Shown piece by piece: positions 1-11,812 of a stretch of 49,162 bases of DNA. Origin of the DNA: Reclinomonas americana ATCC 50394 (Eukaryota); the NCBI GenBank assembly GCA_048213135.1, contig PS015512.1, forward strand, positions 18,043 through 67,204, given 5' to 3'. Under the pieces are notes generated by a model, which worked only from the letters and a program-made list of their open reading frames with translations, searched no databases and was not told the origin of the DNA. Positions within the stretch are counted from its first letter, which is position 1. Each line of letters begins with the position of its first letter. Made by a program: the position numbers and the translations under genes.

Positions 1-1648
1 CCCGCAGGCGGCCGACTGCAACAAGCACCAGTGGGGCGAGTATCAGCTGACCGTGAGCAACGGTCGCGCGTACGAGGCGCTGTACACGAATGCCACGCTG
101 CGTGGCGATTTTGCGGCCATGTGGCAGAAGATTGCCTCCACGTTTGTCGACGCCCCCAGTGTGTTTTACGAGATCCTCAACGGTGTGTTTCTGTGCTCGC
201 CTGTGGTTTTTCTCCCTCTCTCTCACTCACTTTAATTGTTGTGCAGAGCCGTGGGCCGGCGATGTGTTTGCTCATCCCACCCTGCTGGTGCCTGGAGTGG
301 CCGACCGTGAGCGACTGGCGCCGTTCTACGATGTCGTCGTCAAGGCCATTCGCGAGGTGGGGAGTGAAAGAGCAGTAGTTCTTGTGCTCACTCGTGTGCT
401 GACCGTGCTGTTCAGGTCGACGAGCATCACTTGGTGCAGATTGAGGTGTGTAATTCAAATCGCTCGTTCAGATCTTTTCTGTTCCCTCACTGCGAATGCA
501 CACAGGCTGGTCTGCAAGTGGGACCTCGCTGACTACGTGATCGTCCAGTTCGTTGCCTTACATTGCGTGTGCCACACAGTCACCTGGGACGACATTACTG
601 TTGGCTTCGAGCACGTTCCCGTCAGCAACGACTATGCCAACCGCACGTGCGTGTACAAACCTCTTTTCCCCCGTCAATCTATCTGCTCACCGTCGCCGTG
701 GCTGCAGGGCGCTGTCCATCCATTTCTACATTCCGCCGCAATTCTCACTGGAGGAGCAACTCAGCTCGCACTACCGAGTTGCGTTCCAGTTTTGTTTGCG
801 AATCCCACCATGCACTTTCCTGCGGCTAACGTGGTGGGTAACCATGGTCAGGATGTCGAGCGCATTGGCGGCGGATGGATGCTCACCGAGTTCAGCATCC
901 CGTCGCCAGCCGATGCCAAGTCTCTGGCCGAGTTCGACAAGGTGCGCCCGCCATTCCACCGTCACTCCCTTCTAGGTCACCGATGAATATTTCCCAGACG
1001 TGCAACGCTGCCGACGCGCGCGCGCTGAGCTGGATTGGCTGGGAGTTGTGTTCCTCGTTGCTCGCCTGCAGCAAGGAAGGAGAGTTCTCACTCCCCTCTC
1101 CCTCTCGCTCCCGCCAGGTACAAGCGATTCCGCAACAACAAGACCGGCTGGGCGGATCCGTTCTGGAACGCCGACGGCTCGCGTAACGAGGTGATGATCA
1201 AGGCCGCATCGCGCACCTACGCTCGTGCAGTGGCCGGCCACATCGAGGACATGCGCTTTGACTCGTTGCGTGAAACAGGGAGTACATCGCGCCGAGTCGC
1301 CTGAATTCACGTTCTCCTCTTCCTTTCTCGCAGGAAAACCGGCGACTTTGTGCTCAAGTTGTGTCGTTCTGCAGCAGTCAGCTCCAGTCGCAGGCACTCA
1401 CCCACTCTACCCTTCTCTTCTCCCCCGCCAGGTTCACCGTGCAGCCGCCCAACGAGTGTCGCTCGTCGGTCACCGAGATCTTCGCGTCGGTCCGCCACTG
1501 GTACACCTCCGGCATGCCGAAGGTCACCGTGTCGCCGACCAACGCCGCCACCATCACCCAGTCGGCCTTCAGCGACTCCATTATGCTGACCACGAGCTCG
1601 TCGGTCAAGCCAGGCACCCTCATCACGGTGACCATCAAGGCGGCATAA
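1..1648 (+). CDS. Glycoside hydrolase family 5, endoglycoceramidase-like (5' end outside window, 10 introns visible)
   Basis: Spliced translation gives YEILN-EPWAGD (acid/base NEP motif, split by intron 183-246), VQIEAVTWDD, GGWMLTEF (nucleophile), LSWIGWEYK and SRTYARAVAG. These motifs are typical of eukaryotic endoglycoceramidases. Stop TAA at 1646-1648. Confidence 0.85.
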
Positions 1649-1696
1649 AAGCACAGTTTGGTTGTCCTTTGTCTTCCCTTTCTTCATTGTCTATCG

Positions 1697-4600
1697 ATGG
1701 ATGACTACCTCGCGGAGATCCAACGCGGCCTCCAACAAGCCGTGTTCGCCCAGGCCAACGCCTCCGATCGCGACGCACAGTCATCCGCGTCGTCGTCGTC
1801 GCCATTCCCGCGCAATCCCTTCTTTGCACTCGCCAAGTATCTCCTCAGTGCCGATGCCGCGTTGCGTGTTCACACGCACACACACACACACACACACACT
1901 CACTCGAGAGTGACTACGGTGTGTAGCTTGACACTCCAGCTCGCCAACGCAGTGCCCTGATGCGCCAACACTCGCAAAACAACCCGTGGGAACCCGATCG
2001 CAACCGCCAATCCACGCGCCTCAATCCCACCTCCGACTTGTCGCACTTCCCAGGTCTCTCTCTCACACACACAGACACACCCCACGCCCACTCTCCTCAT
2101 GTCGCTGATCAAGTCGCTTTTGTGAAGACTCGGATGCGTGTGGGTTCGCACCACTGAATGCTCTCCTCAGTCGCATGGTGTGTCTTCCACGGGCTCAGTG
2201 AGGGCGAGGGAGTGTGGCGTGAGCCTGATCGTTGACCGCACAGCATGTGCGATGCTTGAAAACGGTGCTGGGCGACCTGCTTCCGGCGGACCTTGTCACG
2301 GAGACGCTCGATGGATCGCTCTCCGCAGTTCTGCACAGTTGTTCCTGTTGTCGGTCGTTTGTGGTCACCCTTCCCACTCAGGATCCTGTAGAACGTACGG
2401 CGAGTGGTGGTTCCGGCCGGCGATATTCTGCTCGGCAACAGCGTGCTGCCAGTGGTGTCGACAGTGGACGTGCATGTGGTGCGTCGTGGTTGGCGATGTG
2501 AGCTTGCTGGTGGACCATGTGCTCATCATGATCGTGCAGTTGTATCGGGTGGAGACGGCCGATGTTGGTACAGCAGTGGAGGTGTTTGCGCTCAACGTGG
2601 CGGCCGATCTGACCGCCATCAGCGCCGAGATGTTGTTGCACGGTATTGCCTCACTCGTCGAATGATTGCCACCGTGACGCTGCGGTTTCTCACTATTGTG
2701 CGCAAAGGTCTTTTCCTCACCGACAGCTCTGGTTCGGTCCTGCACTGGGGTCGCATCGCCGTCACCGCAGCCAGTGACGAAGAGATGGTGGCGGCCATTG
2801 AGACCGCACTGCAGAGCACGGAGGCGCGCCGCATTGATGCCGAGGTGAGGTCGATCGTGATTGCTCATGTGTGTGCATTGCCATTCGTTGCTCACTTGCC
2901 GTGCCACAGTTCATGGGCCGGCTGCCGGTGACGGGGCGTGCAAAGCTCGCTGCGAGTGACTGTCGACTGCGGCTGCATTTCGCGCTGGTGCACGCTGAGC
3001 GTGGCAATCGGTTCGTGTGTTGACGGCGACGCGACGCACTGTTGAGCCATTCAGTCTCACTTTGTAATGCAGCGAGACGAGCTACGAGGCGCAGCCGTGC
3101 TTGCCGCTGCGAGAGGGCATGTTTTTGAGTGCAAACGATGCGTCGTGGTACGAGCGTTTGCATGCCGGCAGATCGGATCGCACCAAGACAAGCGCCGTGT
3201 TGCGTGTGCTGTCGCAGCGGAGAAAGCGTGCACTTCTCATTTGATGTTCTCGCACAGTGTCATGCATCGCGCCGCGGTGATTCAGGAGGCCGAAGTGCAC
3301 GTGAATGTGTTTGGAACGCTCGTGCACGCGTTGATGGTGGCCGCCTACAGCGAGAGCTGGAACGCCGTGCGTACACTGCAGCGAGTGCTCTCCTCGGCGG
3401 CCGCCGGATTGCATCACTGTCAGCAGTTGGCCTCTGCGATTGCAGACTTGCTGCAGGATGTGCAGGTTGGGCACTGGTAGCCACCATGCGCCACTTAAGT
3501 CTTCATGTAGTGCTGACCGCAGTGGTTGCAAAAACAGGATGAGCTGACCGACTTTGACGACATTGTGGGAACGGCACACTCGCTGTTGCGTCAGTGTGGC
3601 GAATCGCTGGAGATCATTGGTCGACAGGCACTGCTGCCATTCGAGTGCAATCAGCAGGTGATCCCACTGCTGTTGGCACGGCATGCGGCTGTGGACCTGG
3701 CCTCGGCCGGGCGAGACACTGCCTCGGTGTTGGTGAGAGAGTCTTCACATGCAACGCATGCCACCGTTACTTTCCCCTTTCCTTATGCATCTCGATGAGC
3801 AGCTGGCACTTGGCGATTTCATCGGGTGTTTGCACGCCGCAACAAACTCAACTCTGCTGTCGCAAATCTACGCTGTTCCCACTGTGCGTACGTGGTTGGG
3901 GTCACTCTTGAATCCCACAGCCTCGGTGACTTCGCCAGTGGCGTCGACGGTCGACGGCCTATTTGCGGCGTGGTCGTCGTTGAGCGTGGACATGCCGGAG
4001 GATGTTGAGTACGAGGGTGGTGGAGACGTGAGCGAGGATGCTCGAAGGCGCGACGAAATGTCGGAGCATTTGGTCGGCGTTGTGTCCCCGGCCGCTCTCA
4101 GTTGCATGCACTACGCCATCGAGACGCGTCTGGAGGAGACACTGGCCGCGGTGATGGAGGAGGCGGCTGAGAGTCGCGTGCAGCGCAACAGCTTCAACGT
4201 GACGTGCGAGCTGCTGGTGCATCGCGGCATCCGGTTAGTTGCTGCTGCGGTAGTGCTCTCCGACCTCGGCGTGCTTCTCACGTTATTGCTCTGCATCGTG
4301 GGCAGGCTGGCAGCAGAAAAGGTCGGGCTGAATCGGGTGCACGGGCGAGTGGACGGAACCACGAACCTGTGGTTCTCGCAGGCCGGTGGCGAGGATAGCA
4401 CAAGGTGCAGCGTTAATGTTGCGATGCTTGTGCCTCCCTCGGTCAACTGATTTGCATCAACGCAGGTTGTACGGTCGATGGAGTGTGCTCTCGCAGGTGG
4501 ACACGGCGAGTTTTGTTGGTACGCTAGCCAAGTTGGGGCTTGTGGTCACGTCACTGGATGTGTCGTCTATTCCGGAGGTGTGTGCCACGATGTTATCCAT

Positions 4601-6068
4601 TAGCGTGGGATCGCTCATGTGATGTGATGCTTTCGTGGTGGGGTGCAACAGTGCGTCTCGGTGTGCGGCATTCCGATTTCTAGCGCACTGCAACTGTCGC
4701 GCTCCGCCGCTTGCGTACAAGTGCGCGAGGACTGCTTTGGTATGCACGTCTGCTTACGATAGCAAGGCTGTACTCTCTCATGCTCACTTGTACGACCACG
4801 CGCAGTTGACGAGTTTGAATGGTCGGCCGTCGCCGCAGTTCTCGTGTCCTTTGTCAGAGTATTGCAACAACAGTCGACACAGTACGCCGTGACAGGTAAC
4901 TGATCATCCCTCTCGCAGTCCCTTGTGCCGCACGCAGCTCAGCAGGCAATGCTTGTGTGCAGATGTGACGGCTGGCGATCGTGAATTTGAGTGGGAGAGT
5001 GCAGATGACGACAGTCTTGCCGCCGACGTGCAGGCCGGCCTCGAAGAATTCGGTCACGTCTGCATTGTGGTTCGCAGTCTCAGTTCCATGCTTGTGCGTC
5101 TCCTGCTGCTACAGGTGCATCGCACTCACCTTCTACATTATGTCTGGCAGGGCGTGGTGCTGCTGGATGGGCAGTTGGTGGTGCCCTTTGAACGACGCCT
5201 GTACATTCACAACACGGCCGAGTCGGCACCCGCTGAGATGCCGATGCGTGGACACGAGCTGTGGTCGACTGGCCTGGTGCACTGGACACCCGAAGCCAGT
5301 GTGGTGGTGCATCAGCGGACGCCTGTTGACAGTGCTCGTTTGCTCTCTCCGTTGCGTGCCGATTGTCAATAGCCGTGACTGGCAGAGATTGTCCTCACTT
5401 CCTCCTCCGTACGCAGGCTGCGCTCGCTGCTGGCGCGCAGCATGGAACGCGACGGCGCACAACGGATGGCCGCAGTAGCCTCGGTGGCCATTGGCTGTTG
5501 CGCCGAGGAGTCAGGCAATGAGAGCGATAACGCGACATTAGCGTTGGCTCTGCGCCGCTTCTTCAAGTCGCCAGCCGGTGCCTTTCTGCGACTCGAGACA
5601 CAGTGTCAGTCCCTCGTCGCTGCTTTGCGACAGCACAGTATCTTGTCGTCGGTAAGGCATACGAACACGGAGAGGGAGATAAGTTTCTACTTTGATGACA
5701 CTGATCGACGGTCGCAGAAAACCACACGACAGCAATTTCTCGATCACTGCGTCCAGCAGCTGGCGCCGCTTCGCCGTGGCGAGGCGGTGTCTGGCCTGTT
5801 CATGCGCAGTGCTTGGTCGGCATTGCACAGTTGCGTTCCCGCGTCTTTTGAGTTTGGAGCTGCACGCGTGGCTCATCCGCACACAACAGCGAGCTGCGCG
5901 ACGCTGCGCAGCATGCACAAGGATGGTCGCGTGAAACACGCGAGATCAGCGGAACTCACAGAGGCTCTAACGCGCCTCGCCTCCGCACTGACGCTGCAGC
6001 GACTGTTGTGGGATCGACTGGCGTACGAGGTGCTGGTGGAGCAGCCGAATCGCGGACTGCTCTCATAG
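1697..6068 (+). CDS. Large multi-exon hypothetical protein with an N-terminal Dpy-30/RIIa-like docking motif
   Basis: ATG at 1697 gives MDDYLAEIQRGLQQAVF...PRNPFFALAKYLL, resembling a D/D-type motif. Coding-like blocks separated by short GT-AG introns continue to a last exon ending LLWDRLAYEVLVEQPNRGLLS* at 6068. The exon chain is not fully resolved and this could be more than one gene. Confidence 0.55.
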
Positions 6069-6141
6069 TAAACAACTACTGACTATGCTCGCGGTTAGTG
6101 GTAAACCTAGTGTTCTGCGTATGCGCCTCTTATTGTGTGCC

Positions 6142-8354
6142 TCACACGGAGAACAGTCGCACGCTCTGCTGCGGTAGCGCCAGGAACTTGGCCTGCAGCT
6201 CCTTGCCGTTCACGAGCAGCGTGGTAGGATTCTGCACGCGGACCGACGGGAATTCGAAATGCTGCGCATGGAATGAGTGAGCAGCGCTGGCGCGAACCAC
6301 TGCGACGCAAGCAAGCAATCGCAACTTGTTCCCGGGCCTCGAAGTTCTGCAGAAACAAGTGCGGCTGGCGAATCACCAAAACATCTCCGTCGTGGATGGC
6401 CCGCGGCGCAATGTTGTAAATGGAGAGCGCAAATCGTTGCCCCGTTGAGTCCGCCGCCACATACGTCCTGCAAAAAACAGTCTGTCAGTCACACACACAC
6501 ACACATTGATACACTGCACGTTATTCTTGCGCAACAGAGGAGCCGACGTCTCGTCCGACGCCAACCGCACAATTCCACACGCCAAAATGCCGTCGGCAGC
6601 TGCCGCACTCCTGCTGCTGCTCCCGTCGGCACCACCGGCGAGGAGCGTCTCGACAGTCACGGCTGCAGCGCCACCGTCGCGATGCGCCTTCTCCACTGCT
6701 TCCCGGGCCTTCCGAGGCTTGAGGTGACCCTGCATGAGCACCAACACGTCAGTGCACTCTCATCACTGCCACAGCACCCGACATCACGACGACGGCTGAA
6801 CCTTTTTCAAAACCAGCTCCTTTAGTGCGCTGAGAAACGCGCCCGTCCGCTCCAGCTCGTGCGCCGCCTCAGTGAACAGAGGATCCAATTCGAGAGCGCG
6901 CGAGAAATGGCGAATGGCATCGGCGTAGTTCTCCATGTGCCGACACACCTCGGCGCAGTTGAAGTACACGTCTGGATCGCTGTCGGTGGGAGGTTTCGAT
7001 AGCTGGCGGCGCACGAGTGAGCTCGTGGAAGCAGAACGTACTCTGTGTGTGTGTGTGTGCCGCTGACTCACCGCCTGACCAAACGCCTTGAGTGCCGTCA
7101 CCAGGTCCTTCAGATCGTGCGACACCACCATGTAGTACGACAGCGAGGCGGTTCCCAGTGCGGCCCATGAGGGTCCATCATCCACGTTGACTGCGATGGC
7201 CTTGCGAGCCAGCTGCACACTCTCGGCGACGGCATCGTTCTCCCGCGGAGTCCCTGCACGCACGCCGACGTGCGTGAGAGCGATGCACATCGCATGCTGT
7301 CTGGGTCGCGGTCACCTCACCTCTCGCGGCGATGCGCATCACTCGTGACAGTTCGCGCTGTGCGGTCTGGTTCGCGGCATCCTGTGTGAAAAGCAAGCTG
7401 TTTAGCACACCGCATGGAAGCAAGAAAGAATCACGCGACAAGCGATCGACCTTTTCCAGCGCGGTGCGAAAGCACGTTTGCGCCGACTCCAAGTCGCCCT
7501 TTTTCCACATGCAGTGCCCCAGTGTGTTCCACGCCGCCACCAGTTCCGGATCCAGTCGCACCTGTGGTGGAGAAAGCAATGAGCAAGAGGGAGAGAGAGA
7601 CACGAGGGGAGAGAGAGAGAGAGAGCGTTTCATGCACACAACTGCCTTGGACAGGTGCGCCAGGCATGGNNNNNNNNNNNNNNNNNNNNNNNNNNNNNNN
7701 NNNNNNNNNNNNNNNNNNNNNNNNNNNNNNNNNNNNNNNNNNNNNNNNNNNNNNNNNNNNNNNNNNNNNNNNNNNNNNNNNNNNNNNNNNNNNNNNNNNN
7801 NNNNNNNNNNNNNNNNNNNNNNNNNNNNNNNNNNNNNNNNNNNNNNNNNNNNNNNNNNNNNNNNNNNNNNNNNNNNNNNNNNNNNNNNNNNNNNNNNNNN
7901 NNNNNNNNNNNNNNNNNNNNNNNNNNNNNNNNNNNNNNNNNNNNNNNNNNNNNNNNNNNNNNNNNNNNNNNNNNNNNNNNNNNNNNNNNNNNNNNNNNNN
8001 NNNNNNNNNNNNNNNNNNNNNNNNNNNNNNNNNNNNNNNNNNNNNNNNNNNNNNNNNNNNNNNNNNNNNNNNNNNNNNNNNNNNNNNNNNNNNNNNNNNN
8101 NNNNNNNNNNNNNNNNNNNNNNNNNNNNNNNNNNNNNNNNNNNNNNNNNNNNNNNNNNNNNNNNNNNNNNNNNNNNNNNNNNNNNNNNNNNNNNNNNNNN
8201 NNNNNNNNNNNNNNNNNNNNNNNNNNNNNNNNNCGTGCGCGACATGCTGCTGCCGCCGCCACTCGCCCTCCAACGCATACCGCTCAAGCTCGTCCACCAG
8301 CTGCGTCTCTGCAACCCACGTCGATGTCGACGAAGACGACGCCGATGATGCCAT
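6142..8354 (-). CDS. TTC5: Tetratricopeptide repeat protein 5 (TPR repeats plus C-terminal OB fold), interrupted by an N-gap
   Basis: Spliced peptides [97 protein letters not shown] and C-terminal FPSVRVQNPTTLLVNGK all match TTC5/STRAP. Confidence 0.9.
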
Positions 8355-8393
8355 CCGCTCACACTACAACACCCGCGCAAAACAAAGAAAAGC

Positions 8394-8406
8394 GCGCGAA
8401 AATTTG
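8394..8406. promoter_or_regulatory. E2F-like element GCGCGAAAATTTG in the 85-nt divergent promoter between TTC5 and the HEAT gene
   Basis: The reverse complement contains TTTCGCGC (E2F consensus TTTSSCGC). The same 11-mer GCGCGAAAATT recurs at 15766-15776. Confidence 0.35.
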
Positions 8407-8439
8407 TGTAAACTCCATCTTTGTTTCCGTTCGTGTGTG

Positions 8440-8786
8440 ATGGCCACGAGCGTTTCTGCCGGTGCGAACAGCGATGGAGGGTGTGAGTGGATGGAGCAGC
8501 TTACACATCGCAATCGGATTGTGCGAGAGGCGGCACTGGGCAAGCTGCAGCGACATGTGACTGCAGCTGCGCAGGAGAGACAAGTCGGTGTGTGCGCACG
8601 TGTTGTTACATGTACAAGCCTGTCACTGAGCTGTGTTGGGTGATGTAGATACGCTGGTGCGTCTGGAGGAGCACATCTTGTCGCTGATTCGATCGCATTC
8701 GGTGTGGGAGGCCATGAGCTCGGGGTTTTATGCCGCACAGGTCTCGTTCCAGTCCGTCTCTCTTGTCTTCGTGTGTGCTGTTGTCT

Positions 8787-8869
<83 letters not shown>

Positions 8870-8889
8870 NNNNNNNNNNNNNNNNNNNN

Positions 8890-8976
<87 letters not shown>

Positions 8977-11763
8977 GAGGTAGGCGCTCATTGAGACGCG
9001 GCTGTCGTCGAGCGAGTTCCGCGCGGCAGTGTTGGAGGCGTGTCTCGGCGATTTGGAGCACCCCGAGGTGCGCGTCAGGTGCGATGTTCGCGACTGTGAG
9101 GGAGGGAGAGGAGGAGGTCGCTGATCGCTCACCGCAACTACACACGTGTAGGCTGTCGATCGCCGAGGCCCTGTACGCGCTGACTCTTGTCGATGGGCTC
9201 TCCGTGTTTCTTCCCGTGCGAGAGTTGCGTGTCGTCCGTCGCCGAGGAGAAAGCTCACACACAGTGATCGCGACCGACTCTCACGTGCCGCGCCACAACG
9301 CAGAGTGCTGGAGGAGTGCATCATGAGCAACTATCACCGGTCGGTGGGGACGGTGAGTGGCGACGCAGAGGATTCGGTCGGTGATTCGGGTCGTGTGTCG
9401 CCGTCGGTGAGTCTTCTGTGCGCCCTGCCCCCACTCCCCACTCTCTGACTTACCGTGGTGATGTGCGTGATAAAGGCTCCGCCATTGTCGCCGCGCAGCA
9501 CGGCACTGGGAGTGAAGCGTGTGGATGTGCTGGTGGGTCGCCGACGTGCGCTGTGTATCTCCCGCATCGTTCTTGCTGTCTCACGAGAATCGTCGTGGTG
9601 TCGCAGCATGACACAGAGGGCTGGAAGTCGTTGGAGACGTGCATGAAGGCCCTGCAGCGCATCTGCGAAGCTCTCGGCCCGGAGCTGTTTGCCGAAATCG
9701 CCAACCCCGAGTTCGTGCAGTTTGTGTTGGACACCCTGACGCACACCAATCGGTTTGTGCGCGAGACGGGCTTCTTCACGTGCGCCTCGTTTGCGCGACT
9801 GGCCAGCGTCGAGTTTCTGGAGAGGTGTGTTGCGCGCTTGTTCTTTTTCTCTCTCCTCGACCGCTGATTGTATGTGTGTGTGTCTGCGTGCAGCATTGCT
9901 GAACAGTTGTCCAAGTCGCTGGCGCGTGGCTTGGCCGACAACTGGAGTCAAGTGCGCTTTGGTTTGTTTGCGTACGCCGGTGGCTCGTTGCATCGCATGG
10001 GAGGGGTGTTGACGGCCCGCATACTGCAGCGTCCAGTGTGGCCACACGCGAATTCTTCACCAAGATTGTCGACGATCGCGAGCCGTACCTGCCGACTCTG
10101 GTGCCACCAATGTGTCTCAATCGGTACTATGTGGCGGAGGGAGTGCGGCGATACTCGCAGGAGACATGGCAGCGAGTCATGGGAGACACCGGGCGCACCA
10201 TCGTGGCCCGCTTCATCTCGCAGGTGGTCGACTTTTACATTGCACAGACAGAGGCCGAGAATCATGCCGTCCGCGAGGTACTTGGCTCCAAGAAACGTTG
10301 TTCGTTGCGCTTTCGTTGACTGTGAATGTGCGTGTGTAGGCAGCGTGCCAGTGCATCGCCGAGTTGGCTCGCCGTGTGGATCGGGAGGTGTGCGCTCTGT
10401 ATCTTTTGCCTGCGTGATCGTCGAGCTGCTGACACGCGGTTGGCGCTGCGAGTAGGCAGTCAGTCCGTATGTGCCGCGTCTACTCGACGCCTTGATTGTG
10501 TGTTTCCGTGACGACAGCTGGCCCGTGCGAGATGCGGCTTGTCTCGGTGAGCGCGCGTGCAATGTTCTTCCCTGCACGAGCTCTGATTTATGATTAACTG
10601 TCTCGCGCAGCGTGTGGATATTTTGTGGAGTCGTTCCCGGAGGAGTCGCGCGGTGAGTTGGACGGACTCTTTGAGGACTGGTTCAGCCAGCTGTCGGACA
10701 GTTGCGTCGCACAAATAAGACGTGCAAGAGGGAGAAGAGGGAGTACTGAGGTCCGTGCGACAGACATTTGGAGTGTGCGCGAAGACAGTGCGATTGCGCT
10801 GGGACGAGTGATGCGTGCGTACGGCAGCGAGGCCGTAACGCGCGTGGTGGAGTATCTGCGGGCGAACTTTGATCGCGTGCGTGAGCAACCGGATGACTCG
10901 GTGAGGTATCGCGGTCTGGCCAACACGACGACATTCGGCGTGGCCTCCACCAAGACTCTGCGTGACAATGATCCACACATTCACACGGATCAGCAGGTGA
11001 GATGCAGCAGCAGCGTGTGTCACACAGCGTGGTGCTTGCTCATGGCATCGATGGGCAGGCCTTTTCGTGTGGCTCGTTGGCTCCGCGTATGCGAAAAGGC
11101 AGCAAGACCAAGTCGTCGTGCGGCTGCATGAACTCGTTGTTCACCCGCGAGCGTGAGCCGTGGGAGTACACCGACGGCTGTGTGTACCTGCTGCGGTGCG
11201 TGTGTATTCCTCTCTATGTGTGTGTGTCGAGTGCTCACCGGCACGACGTGCAGCGAGTTGGCGGCGCAGGATGTCGACGCTGCGATCGAGTTCATCCCCA
11301 AGCTGTTTGCTGCAGTTGCGTTCATCGCACGTTGTTCTTTTTTCCTGGTTACAGCGGTCTCACGCAGCGACGCACTCCACATGCAGGCACGAGCGAACAG
11401 CTTCACGCACTATTACAACCTGTGGGAGACGGTGTGGAAACAGCTGCCGACAATCGCCTCAGTGAGTCTGCTGCACCCAATGGCCACTGCTATCGCGCAC
11501 CACGCAACTCACTCGTGCGGCGCACGCAGCACATTGGCAAGCGACGATTCAAGAACGAGTTCTTTGACGAGACCGTACAGGTGGCCTGCGAGTGCCTCGA
11601 GCGCAGCGACAACCCGCTGGCGCTCTCGGCCACCGGCGAAGCTCTCGAGCGTCTGAGCCACCTGATCGGCGCCCGCGTGTTCTGCAGTCGCCTCGACGAT
11701 CGCCACCGCGACTGCATCTCCCGTCACGCCGATGTCTGTCACCTCAACGTCGAAACTCGGTAA
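8440..11763 (+). CDS. HEAT/ARM-repeat protein (about 15 introns)
   Basis: Spliced frame is open from MATSVSAG to NVETR*. It contains HEAT-like motifs HTNRFVRETGF, GLADNWSQVRFASSVATREF, AENHAVREAACQCIAEL, CFRDDSWPVRDAACLA and LSDNIWSVREDSAIALG. Confidence 0.8.
8789..8975. repeat. (TG)n microsatellite inside a HEAT-gene intron, contains an N-gap
   Basis: Directly visible TG dinucleotide run on both sides of the gap at 8870-8889. Confidence 0.95.
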
Positions 11764-11812
11764 AAAGCAATCTTGAAGAAGAGTTGTCCTCTCTCCACGA
11801 CGATCAGTCATC

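Noticed and set aside
7178-8643. Long ORFs spanning N-runs (also near 16-17 kb, 33 kb and 41 kb)
   Set aside because: Their length comes from N translated as X. Only the flanking real sequence was used as evidence.
8633-9330. ORFs with poly-(VC) or poly-(HT) tracts
   Set aside because: They are translations of the intronic (TG)n microsatellite.
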